Source of the DNA: Lama glama
Taxonomy: Eukaryota
Assembly (NCBI GenBank): GCA_028534125.1
Contig: CM052817.1
Span: 31,126,001 to 31,189,725 of the forward strand
Direction: 5' to 3'
Length of the DNA: 63,725 nt
Shown here: one piece after another, positions 52,250-63,725 of the stretch
Layout: the number at the start of each line of letters is the position of its first letter
Numbering within the stretch: the first letter of the stretch is position 1
Translations under genes and position numbers: made by a program
The notes under the pieces: generated by a model
The model's database searches: none
Told to the model about the DNA's origin: nothing
The model's input: the letters and a program-made list of their open reading frames with translations, nothing else

Positions 52250-53925
52250 CAGGACCAGCTACACAATTTGTAGGGCTCAGTGGGAAATGGTGATGTGGGA
52301 CCCCTCGTAGGAAATAAAAAAGTGCTTTAAAATACTTAAATAAAAATATTTTAAAGAAAAAAATGTTTAATCGCTTAGAAAACGTAACAGTCGTAGTGAT
52401 ATATGAGGAACAACATAAACATAAATTGCACACAAAATATTTTGTGTCATAATTTAAGAAATAACAATACATTATTAATGTGCTTTTTCTAGCTCACTTT
52501 TCTGCAAATTCATTTGTTAATTCACCAGAATGTATACTTTTACCAATGTCATTTTCAATCTATATAATGGAAGTTGGTATCAGTAGCTTACCCCAAAAGC
52601 AAGATTGCAAACAATTTTTGTTAATTTCTAATTTTGACAAGGATCTTTTTTTCTGATGCAACTTTTCTTGTTGCTGTTAAGAGTTATTTTATAGGCCATG
52701 ACAACATTGGGAGAGATTTCTGATTAAGTATTTTGAAATACAAATTTTAGTATATCTAGAGTTAATGATTCTCATGGAGCAATTTTAATAAAAAGATTTA
52801 ACTCTTCACATGAATGAGTTTCGTGTAAGCCTGAATTTCATTTTAAATGTAAATTTATACACTAGCATTTTAATGCTGCTTCTGAGATTTCCCGTAAATC
52901 ATGGAGATGATACAAGAAATCAGAAGTGCCCCCCAAATTTGTTTACAATTCAAAATGCCTGTTTTCACATTCTATAGATGTATTGTCAATTTTAAGGAAA
53001 ATTTTCACTTTATATTATCTTCCTTACTAATAAATGGTTCACCCAAAGTTCACTTTAAAACATTTGTTTACAATTCAAAATGCCTGTTTTCACATTCTAT
53101 AGATGTATTGTCAATTTTAAGGAAAATTTTCACTTTATATTATCTTCCTTACTAATAAATGGTTCACCCAAAGTTCACTTTAAAACAGTGTTTTTTTCCC
53201 CATTGTCTATGGTTAACTGTAATTTCTGTTTCTAAGCCTGTGGATATTCATTCAGCAGTGTTGCAACATTCAAAGCCAAGGATTCTAAAACCCAGGAAGA
53301 ACCCTAATAACTCCTTGATAAATGCCTTATGGCAACGTTCAGGCATTTGCTTTTATTGCATAATAATTTACTAACAAAGTCTGCTGCCTGAACACCAGTA
53401 GGTCCTGTCTCAAGGTTCAGACTGGAGAGTTAATACTTGTGCAGATGCCACAGGGACAAGCTCCAGGGACCACTGACCAAGCTGGCCTCCCACAGGTCCT
53501 CATGTGGAGCCCCCCTCTTCCCCGGGGCCACGCCCACCACTGCCACCCTCAAAACCTGCGTCTGCTGCTGCTTCTGCTGCTGCGGCATCATCATGGCTAC
53601 CGATCTGGGCCCAGGTTCTGACCAGGCCACCTGGGGCCCGATGGTGTCCTCAGGCACATGCTTCAGGCCACCAGGCCAATTGCTCATCACCCACACCATG
53701 CAACCATCACACCATTTGGCACGTGCACAAGTGTGCACACGCTACCACCTAGCACTACTCTGCCACTCGCACACATGCTCCATTGTCCCATCAAACCTCA
53801 CTTATACAAGTATAAAGATAAAGCCATTAAGAATTTCAAGACAGTGAAAGCAGAGTATTAAGCCAAGCCTGGGACCCTTCTAAGCACAGGACCCTGTGCC
53901 TCTGCTCAGACTGCCAACCCATCAG
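52250..53925 (-). mobile_element. MER45R-like hAT-Tip100 DNA transposon with decayed transposase C-terminus
   Basis: MER45-type ends caggaccagctacacaatttgtagggctcagtg and aagaatttcaagacagtgaaagcagagtattaagccaagc...gcacaggaccctgtg. About 52485-52760 on minus translates, with stops and a frameshift, to EISPNVVMAYKI/LLTATRKVASEKRSLSKLEINKN...IENDIGKSI...NEFAEK*ARK, the hAT dimerisation domain. Confidence 0.85.
52937..53187. repeat. Perfect 125-bp tandem duplication
   Basis: 52937-53061 and 53062-53186 are identical by manual comparison. Confidence 0.93.
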
Positions 53926-54109
53926 AAAGGCAGGGAGAGTGAGACGGAAATGAGAACCTGTGACGAGTCCTTGTGAGAAGTCACAACAGCAGGGGTCCCA
54001 GCATCCCCCTGCTCCTCCACCCACATCTCTTCTGCCACATCCACCAAATTCCATCCTGTTAGAGTCAATGTCTAGACATGGGAATCACCACGGCAACACA
54101 GCAGATGCC

Positions 54110-54570
54110 ATAGCTGGCTGTCCATTCTAATGCACTCTCCATCTCTTTCACAGTAATGGAGCTTAAGGTGTACCCAAGATTGCAGAGCTAAAGACGACAT
54201 TTCCCAGCCCCACATTACTAAGTCCTCCACAACAGAATATAAGCAGATGCTTCTTCCACTTTGCCTGCTTTACAAGGGACTTGCTGCCACGGACTTCCGC
54301 TCTTTGCCCTCCCACAAGCTGGAGCACAGACACAGGGCTCAGCTGGCTTCAACCGCTTAGATAAGGACCATACGATCTAGAAGTTGATGATGCAAAAAAA
54401 TGGATGGAATCCACGTCTTTAGATGACTTCATAGGGCAAGCCTGACTTGGCAAGCTGGGAAATTCATCTTGGATCTATTGCTTAACAGAGGAATTAAATG
54501 CTATTTTATTTAAGCCACTGTATTTCAAGGTCTCTTCTGTTACAGCTGATTCGTTATTCTCTAACTAGCA
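54110..54570 (+). mobile_element. Old MLT1 (J/H-like) LTR
   Basis: gacatttcccagcc...ttaagccactgtatttcaaggtctcttctgttacagc. Confidence 0.6.
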
Positions 54571-56994
54571 TGAATGGTTTGAATTGGAAGAGGTTTCATT
54601 CCCACTGTCCATCTGTCCATAAAGAAGATCTAAGAATAAAATGGAATGAACGTTAGGACCCCAGGAAGAAGGTGGGCACGTGATATCCCCGTGAGGACTC
54701 TGGATGTACCTCTGGACAGAGACAATGATTTACACACGTCGGCTGTGAGTCAGGCTTTGGTAACCCAGCCCAGCCTACAGATGTACTCACAACATGGCTT
54801 CTGTGAGAAAGTATCTTTCATGTTTGAAATAACTAATTGGCAGATACACCTTTGAAATACAGCCCAGTCATTGGCTGACGGATGCCTGTAACTGTGCACC
54901 TACCTTTATAGAACTGTAGTGAAGATTAATTGGCATAATGCATATGAACCATTAGGCACAGTAGCTGACATCAAGTGAGTGAGTGATAAATTTCATTTAT
55001 TATCACTGATATTATTAAATTGCCATCATAATATAGGCAGCCAAACAAAGAGGAAATTACCTGAAGGACATGTACTGCCTCAGGCTGGTGGTATCAGCGG
55101 GTATCAGCAGGTAACAGCCCTCTCTCCTCTGACCCCCACACAGAGGGATAGAAGAGCTAAATTAGTTCAATGTTCCTAACTCTCTTAGTTTCCACAAGTA
55201 GTTCTAGTATGTTCTTCCAGAAATAAACTACTTAAAATATTTCCTAAAAATGTGTGAGCTGTTAAAATATTCCCCAAAGCAGACAATTATAAGTGATGGT
55301 TTGGAAAATCAGCATAGAAGGAAGTGCCTGTGCATCAGAAAGAGGAAGCCAAGAAGTGAGTCCAGGAGAGCAACATAAAAGCCACCACGTCCACCCTTCT
55401 CAATGCTGCAGGAGCCTGCAATAGAAGAAGTAAGATTCCCTTCTGCAAGATTAATTTTACATACAGAATACACAATGAATCAGGGTAAGCGTTTTTTAAA
55501 GCTTAAGAAGAAAATGGGCTTCTACTTTAAAAAAATAAAAAGACAAAAAGAAAAACAATAAAACCTTCTTGAAAGCTAGACAATAAAAAGAGATAATGGA
55601 AAATCTGAGACTTAATTAGGTATGGAGAAAATCTGGTAATAGATGGAACTGAGACATCAGACTTTTAATTACTCACTTATCTCTAGAGTGCTATTTTCAG
55701 AGCGTGAACAATGAATAAGACAATAACCAAAACCAGAAAAGAGGGATGAAATAGATGAAAAATCTGGAGAAAGATTTCTTAAATAATGTGGACTGGGCAG
55801 TTTGTCATTTGTTCAGCATTTTTAAGGATGGAAATATTCCACATAGAGAAAAATTCAAACCACCAAGGTGTATCTGTTCAAGATTCCTAACATCTTTCAT
55901 AATTTTATTAAAGTTCTATGGAACAGACCATTTGTTCTCCCCCTTAAATTGAGAGCGCTAACTGTTCACATTACTATGCTGCCCCTGGTCTTTATGATGG
56001 CAGCAAAAATTTCCCAGTGCTACGGGGAGGTTCCTGGGTGAATTTGTCCCTATGTTGAGCTTCCTATGATTGCTGCCTGCGCCATTTGGAATGCATCACT
56101 CTTCTCTGTTCCATGCTGTCCCAGTGGTCCCCACCTCCACTGGTCTAGAGACACCTGCAACAGGAGTTCTATCCACCTCCATTTCCAACTTGTTTACCAT
56201 TAGTTATAGATCAGGGAAACAACAACAACAAAAAAGGCAAGTTTTCAGAGTGACTTCAAAGCAAATGTGAACAGGCTGTGAATGAGGACCTTGGGAAATA
56301 TTTTTAATAGGCTGAGTGAACACCTACTTGATTGTTCATCTTTTTTGTATTTTTACGTTTTAATCACTGGTTGTGTTCTGAATAATTTGGGTGGCAATCA
56401 CTGGATAAGTGAGGTACTACCATATATTCAAACGACTGTATTAAAATAGAGGTGGCATAGGAAAAGATAGTGTTGCTCTGTCTCCGTGGAAAGGGCACAG
56501 AGCTTTACTGTTAGAAAGGACTGAGTTAGAGTCCCAGCCCTGCTTCTTATCAGTGGTGTGAACACTCACAGCCCCTGTGCAGAGGTATTTTGAAGGTTAA
56601 AAGAGATAAGGTAAAGTGCCTGCCTCCAACCTTGGCACACAGAGAACTCACACAGGCAAGCTGTATTGTTATCTCTTAAGTCATGGCCCATGTGTGGAAA
56701 GTTGGATGTGTGTCTAATATGCTCCAAAGGGATTATGACAAACCCAAAATTCAATCTGTAAGGGGAAAAAAATCAACTTTAAATTATTTTAGGTAAAACA
56801 GAATTAATTAGGTTTCTGGAATTTTAAAGTTGGAAGAGACTGGCAAACCAACAGTCCTGCCTCCTCATCATAAAGATGAGGAAACTCAGCTTGGCCAATG
56901 TCACAGAGCTAATGGGAATGTAGAGGCAGGACTCAAATCCAGGTTTTCTAATGTCTAATCCAACACTCTCGAGCAAATAGGAATTGACCTGGAA

Positions 56995-57219
56995 CAGAGG
57001 TTGGCAAACTTCTTCTATAAAGGGCCAGATAGTGAATTTTTTAGGCTTAGCAATGCACGCAGTCTCTGTTACAACCCTTCAGCTATGCCACTGTAGAGCA
57101 AAAGCAGTCACAGGTAACACCTAAATGAAAGGGCATGGTGTGTCTCAATAAAACTTTATTTACAAAACAGGTGACAGGCTGCATTTGGCTCATGGACCAA
57201 GATGAACTTGCTGATCCTG
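56995..57219. mobile_element. MER58A hAT-Charlie MITE with 8-bp TSD
   Basis: cagaggttggcaaacttcttctataaagggccagatagtgaa...caataaaactttatttacaaaacagg. TSD acctggaa / atctggaa. Confidence 0.9.
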
Positions 57220-60200
57220 ATCTGGAACTAGTTGACAGACCCTTTAGCTAAGGAAAATGATGAGTATAATTTCAAAGCAATAAATCTATTATCAATACAG
57301 TAAAAAAACTGGATAACAATAAGAGAACTCTGAAGATTGATTATATATTTTTTATTGTATTGTGACTAATACTTTAAAATAATTTTTGATAAGGATTAAT
57401 CCTGGCCTTAATATCACTATATTCTTTAGTAATAATTGGGATAACGCAAGAAGGAAACTCTAAGGAAACAGGAAGATTCTCTGAGAATTGGAATTTTAAA
57501 TTATCTTGGCTAAATAAGATCTGTGAAAAGAATTAAAATAATAGTAAACATTAACTGATATAACTTATTTCAGTTAGAACAACTAAAGCACAGGACACTA
57601 GGGGCAAAGGCAAAGTATCCTAACCTGAAGAAATAAGTAAATGTTGCCATCAAAATCTACCTATTACCACGCACTGAAAACACATCCCCCCTCACCAAGG
57701 GAACATCCTTAATATCAGAATCTGAGTATGATCATGGAACCAGGAATAATCTCCCAGAAACAAGAACACACCTGAAGTGTATCTGGCCTTGCGTCAGGAC
57801 CTCCTGGTGATACTGGTTCCATGACCATAATCTGCATAATATTCTTTAGGGTTATAAAGAGAGAGCTCATGGAGAAAGGTGCACAAATGCCTTTTCTTCT
57901 CCATTAGAGGCTAATGCAAAAAAAATGCTGCAATATGAGGCAGGGGCAAATTTCCTGTTCCTAAGAAGTATGACAGATTGGAAAGGGTTTGCCAAGGAAT
58001 ACTGTTCAAGCTTCCTCTGGGGAGCCTTTGAGAGAAGTCAAAGCTCTCCATCTGTTTGGCATAAGGTATCCTTCCTGAAGAGAAAGGAAAGTAGAAGACT
58101 TGTTAACATCTGAATTTTAGGAAAGCTATTGAGATTGTCATTTGACATACTCAATTGAACTCAATGTAGTACTCTATTTTCCCTAATGTTTATGTTGCTC
58201 CCTAGCAGTAAATTGGTTGTTTGAAAAGCACATCTACCCTTGGAGGCACTACCGAGTAACTCGATGATGTACTATGAGAATGAGGTTCATTACATTGTGC
58301 CAACTGGCTCCCGGCATCTGTTCAGTTTACACGGCGACTCATTCAGAGGGTTCAGTGCTTCATGCAAACAACTGTGAGGTTCCAGTGTTTGATTTATCCG
58401 TGGGCCTTTCACACACCTAGACTTCAGTATCACAGTGTGATTTTGGAAGAAGAAAGGCATAAATCGAAGCCGTATCAATCAACAAGAGATTGACTTATAA
58501 CTATGAATACTTAATGTATACAACTTCTGCAACTCAAAAGGTTCCAGTCATCACGGTGATGTCAGATGAAAAGCATGTAAACACCTTTGCTCTCTGTCAG
58601 AAACACAATTAGAGCTGTTGCCTGAGTATCACAGTCCGGCGTCACTTCCTGTACCTTTTTCTTCACATCGCAAGGAAAATTTTAACTTCAAATATAAAGG
58701 ATCATAGTCCAACACAATGTTAACTCACACAGAATAGTATTTTTCATTCCGATATATATATATAGGAATATATAGATAGTTCCTTTTTCTACTCATATGG
58801 TCATAGCTATGAGAAAAGCTTCAGTTTTTCCATATAAATAATAGGCATCTTACTACGTGCATCAGCTTAAAAAAAAGACAGCTTCAATTATCACACAAAA
58901 ATGTTCATGCTTTACAAATACTACTAAAAAGTAAATGAAAATAAGCCACTTTCACACTTGTTAAAGATAAAATGTTAACTGAAAGAAGAATGTGTTGGGA
59001 AAACTAGAGAGAATATATTCTCTACAACGAAAAGTAGAGAAATACCTATTAGTTGTAACTGATGTTAGAAACAAAATTTCTGTGGAAAGAATACTATGAA
59101 AATGGCAGCTAAAGCAAACTTCTAAAAATTTTAGAAAAATCAAATGGGCAAGACCAAAGAGATGCCTGCCCCAGGAGAAGAGAAGTTGTGTTTAGTTTGC
59201 CTAAAGGCAAAGTGACCTTTTGTGTCGAAACTCAGAAATCTCCGAACCATGGATTTTTCTCATTTATTTTCCATTGTAATGTCCTTCAGGGTTTTTCACA
59301 GCAACAACAAAGGCTCTAACAAACGACTCAGGCATGCAAAACCGGTACATACTCAATTTTACCAGTTGGTAAGAAATGTTTTTTCTCACCCATGGCTTTG
59401 ACCAGGTCACCCCTCCCCACCAATGGCCTCACTATTGTTCTCCTTATCAACTGCAGACTCCTCATTCTCAACTTCAAAGGCCCCCTCCAGTTTTCCCAGC
59501 TTTCATTTCTTCTCTAACCAGTCTGCACTCTTCCAGCCAAGAAATCCTTCATTTCAGGCCTTTCAGGCACGGGCTCCATCCTTCATCCAGTCTATCTCTC
59601 AGACTTCCAATCAGGCTCAGGTCGCTTTCAACAACCTACTTCTTCCCTCAAAATTAAACCTAAAATTAAACTTGTTAGGTTAAATGACCAACTGTTTTTG
59701 TTTCCTTGTTTTTATTCTGAAATCGAATGACATCTGCCCTGTGCAAAAGAAATTGGGACCACAATTCCAGTCACAAATTTCTCCAGTATTTGAGTCATTC
59801 ATGTTCAATCTATCAGACCGATATGAGGAATGACACAGAATAAAAAATAAAGCATCTGCATCACATTTAAATATAAGAAAAAAAGAGATACCCTATTACA
59901 TTTTATGATTGCCGGTAGTAGGAATTTCAGCTGGTATCATTTCTGAGACCATGCCAGGACTGGAGGAAATCTGGAAGGTTAAGTATTAGATATGAGAGGA
60001 ACAGACCCAGACAGCCCCATATCACACCATGAAAGTGATAAACTGGCAACGAGCTGAGAAGGAGGAACAGAGACAGGATAGGGAGGGGGAACTGGGCTGC
60101 AAAAGAGCACAGCATCCCAAGGAGAAATAAAAATAGACCAGAGTTCAGCCAGCCAGGCAGAACTGCCTTTGGGCATCTGACTTGGCGACAAATGCCAAAA

Positions 60201-60469
60201 TGAACACACAACATCAGTGACACGAATCACTTACCTCATTAGACTAAGCTTCTCAAAGTCCATTCTCCTTTCTGCAATAAATGTTGCTATCAGCTTGCTT
60301 ATTTTCTTGCTCATAATACTAATCCTAATGAGACTCTGGGTGGCAATGCAAAAGGCTGGATTAATTCCCTTCCTCCAAATTACTTTCTTCACTGCTAAAA
60401 TCATCTTCATTCATTCTCTCCTTCAAAAATATACTGAGTATCAAGGTTATTTTGTCAGGAAATATGCTG

Positions 60470-60650
60470 AAATGATAAGCCTCTGCATCCTTATCTATAA
60501 GGATACTAGTAAAATATAGAAATAAAAATCATAATAGTATATATCCATTATGTTGTGCAGAAGATTAAAGGAGACAGTGCTATAAAGCACTTAACACAGT
60601 CACTGGCACCCAGCATGCCTGTAATAAGTCAGCTATTATTATTACTTATA
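60470..60650 (+). mobile_element. MIR SINE 3' half
   Basis: aagattaaaggagacagtgctataaagcacttaacacagtcactggcacc...agctattattattac. Confidence 0.7.
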
Positions 60651-61213
60651 AGAATCTTGTTTTGAACAGATGGCAGTTGTCACTGCAACCTAACCTGAGC
60701 CATAAACCAATGAAATCTAATTTTTAAACCAAACTATGTTTGTTTATACATGCTTTCTATCTTCATACAGAATACAGTGAATCACATTTTTAATAAACAA
60801 TTTTCCAGAGTTCCCGGGGGGACTCCACTACAATTCTCCCAAGTCTAGTAGGGCATCTGCCTGTTTCATAATCTACCAGACCAGAGCAAGGAAAGAGAAC
60901 GGAAGTGGAGATTACAGTTAAATGGTGAATTGAGCCACTCTCACAACACCTGTGGGTCTCAGAAGAGGACAGATGTCATCAAACCTGCTTTTGCAACTTG
61001 CCCGTTAAATGTCCTGAAGTCTGTTCTCTTTCCTATCGTGTCTTTCCACTACACTTCATGTTTGCTCTCCATAAGCTCATCCACCTCTTTGATTTCAGCC
61101 CAATACACATACACTAATAACTCCCAGGCTCTTGTTCACTCAGTTCAAACCTCTCCTTGAATTTCAGGTACCTTCACCCAATCGAAAGAGAGCAGCTCCC
61201 TATGGGTGCCCCC

Positions 61214-62182
61214 TGATACAAATCCTTTCTGTCCCCCATTTCTCTTTGGTAGGAAATAGGCTTCATGCAGCCTCCTTGACTTTTCCTGAGTTCCAAAGGC
61301 TAGGTTCAAACAGTTACAATCAGGGAAGGAAGGAAATGTAGAAATAAGGGAGGAATAGTCAAGAAACAATAATGCAGTCCTGGGGCAGGAATCTGGTTCC
61401 TCCTCAAGGAATATAATAACAATATCTGTAAATTCTTCTGCAGGAACTAAGCCTCACCCCCAACTCCTGCCTCTTGTTTATGGCTGAGCAGAATCTACAG
61501 AAATGGTTTTTCAGGGGAACATTGGATCCACCAGATTGTCAGCATTCTGATTAAAAGCCACTTTCCTTTTAGTTACCAAGGCTGTTGTCCCCAGGATCAC
61601 ATCCCTGCTCCTCTCCCTAGAAATCAATTACTCTTATCTAAGTCTCAGGAGGCAGCTGCAATGAGAAGACACAAGAACTGGTAAGACCAAACTGAGCCCA
61701 GGATGGTGGAGGATTTGACTTCCAGTGGACCTTGAGCCTCATTAAACACTCATTGTAATGTATTAGCTGCTAAATGACACAAGCACTTGTCCCATGATAG
61801 CTGATGATTGCCATGACAACAAACGGAAAAGCCCACACAAGGACCGAAAAGCCCATAAAAGGACTGATTGTTCCCAATACACCCAGAAGGAGGGCATGAT
61901 GGCAGAAGCAGCTCATAAAAATCCACATAGCCCAGCCCGGTCAGAGCTGTCTCTATGGGCCATCTTGGCTGACAACTCCCTGTTCCAGCGCCTTTTCCTC
62001 ACTCGAGCACTTTTCTTTCCTTCTCTGTTCAGGCGCTTTCCTTCCTTTTCCCCTTCTGAGCAATAAAGCGGCTGTTATCTCAGTCCCTCAGGCTCTGCTG
62101 TGCAAATTCTTTCATGGCCAGCGGCAAGGACACACACTTTGATGGGCTTCCTAATTTAGGGGGGTCTCACTATCCGCTAACA
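61214..62182 (+). mobile_element. Probable ERV solo LTR (about 970 bp) nested in an L2 fragment
   Basis: Begins tgataca and ends gctaaca. CATAAAA TATA-like boxes near 61854 and 61914; AATAAA near 62062. L2-like sequence on both sides. No clear TSD found. Confidence 0.65.
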
Positions 62183-63725
62183 CAACGACACAGCCAGGAA
62201 ACTCACAAGTCTACATAGTTCTTTCTCTCCAACTCTTCTCTTCCCTGTGGCTTCTACTTTGACAGGTGGTACAAACACCACCTTCTCCCTCTTCCCAACC
62301 AAACGCTTGCTTGTTATCATTCCTTCTGCCTTCTTCTCTCCACAGTAGATCATGAAATCTCCAATGTGTGAGTTCTTCAGAACAGGGACTCTGTCTGTCG
62401 TATTTGCCCCTAAATCCCCAGCACCTGAAACATCCCAGCACACAGTAGGTCCTCCATACACCTTTGCTGAATGCATGATTGGCACAGAGTTGCTACTCTG
62501 TTGCTGCTGAATGAAGACATGAATGTATGTCTCTAAGCTGAGTTCCCAGACAAGAAGAACATAAAAATTATTTCCCTTTAGTTCGATTTTTCTAGTAATT
62601 TGTTCTTCTAAACAAGGGTATTAAATCCAATGAACAGCTTGTTTTCTATCAGAACAACAAAATGCTATTTGTTTTGGTACAATGTTCAAATGCTAATTCT
62701 TGGCTGTTAACTTTCACAGTTAAGCAAGAAGCTTTCTGGTCTTCAGATTTTATCCCATATAAATCCTCTATCCCAAAATTATACTTAGCAGGGAGTCTTC
62801 TGAAATCCAAATTGGGAAAATTAGAAACAGCTTAGCAATCCCAAAGAATAATATTTCACAAAATCCTATGGAGTAAAAAGCCAGGTCCTGTGGGGCCACT
62901 GGCTGGGTGTATTAACCAATTTCAGAAAACATTCACTCTTACAGGCCTCCTACGTGCTACTGAGTGGACAAAAGTAACGCGTCAAAGAGTCTCAGGATTT
63001 TTAAGTGCTGAATCTTACATTTCATCTAAAACATTCTGTCCTCTGCGTTTGAGTTGGTATTAGTGGAACCAGATTCTAAAGAATAGATGTTGCTTTCTTG
63101 CTTGGAACTGCGTGGCCTTGCGTCTTACTTTGTATCAAGTCTCTAGTCAAATCAACTTGCAGTGCTTTCCTTCATAAAAATAGCAAAACTGTGCTACACT
63201 AACAGAAATAAATAAAAGGTCCCTACCTTCATGTCTACATTTGTATTTGACTGGTGGAATAAGACTTCATGAATTAAAAATATTTCAAGGCTCATTTATT
63301 TTTATCACTACTATTCTATACCAGGCAGATCTGAACATTTCATGTTTACTTCAATTAGAAGACTGCCAGCAGGCAGACTTATTTTCAGTGCAAAGCCTTC
63401 GCCTAAATTAAGTCACACATTTCTGACATCTGTCCAAGGAGACTGAGAGCAAAACTCTAAACTTCTCCTTACCAGGTCAATATCAGCAGTTCTAAACCAA
63501 ATAACCACTTATTGTCCTTTGTTGAGATTTATTCAAATTGCCAATCATGGAAAAAAAAATGTTAGGCACATTCCCATGAAGAAGAAAAGAGAGAGAAGCT
63601 GAGTGGGGTGTGGTCAGGTAACCACTGCTCATCTAATCACAAATGATAAGGTTAAGGACCGATACTTGCTTTACATACAGAATCCTGCGCTTTATAACAT
63701 ATACATGTATGTCTACCCATACATG

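Noticed and set aside
51942..52472. 176-aa ORF
   Set aside because: Crosses a transposon boundary; no domain or splice support.
53430..53861. Overlapping ORFs with poly-Q, poly-A or poly-C runs
   Set aside because: Products of a GC-rich transposon arm containing a short CTG-like run.
38364..63725. CORIN exon 5 or a nested gene
   Set aside because: No frizzled-1-like peptide or other spliceable coding exon found by eye; consistent with a long intron.

Overview
Mammalian genomic DNA, not prokaryotic. The window is the middle of CORIN (atrial natriuretic peptide-converting enzyme, a type II transmembrane serine protease) on the minus strand. Nine internal coding exons (human-numbered 6-14, 1161 bp in total) have GT-AG boundaries, compatible phases and no stop codons. 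They encode LDLR-A repeats 1-5, frizzled CRD 2 and LDLR-A repeats 6-7. Positions 38364-63725 appear to be part of the large upstream intron 5. The introns hold ordinary mammalian repeats (MIR, L2, L1 3' ends, MLT1, MER20, MER58, a MER45R-like hAT element with transposase remnant, two ERV solo LTRs) and a full-length U2 snRNA retrocopy. The style of the L1 3' ends, and no visible Alu, B1, Bov-tA, PRE-1 or Can-SINE, suggest a cetartiodactyl, possibly a camelid (inference only). Most ORFs in the supplied track are spurious. I see no convincing new biological system. The best leads are: a possible intronic polyadenylation route (weak exon 12 donor with in-frame stop, plus AATAAA in the U2 retrocopy), lineage-specific corin protein changes, a solo LTR with a GAS-like site, two candidate cardiac enhancers, a twin-primed L1, and a perfect 125-bp duplication. 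Comparisons to human corin and to repeat consensus sequences are from memory, not from a search.
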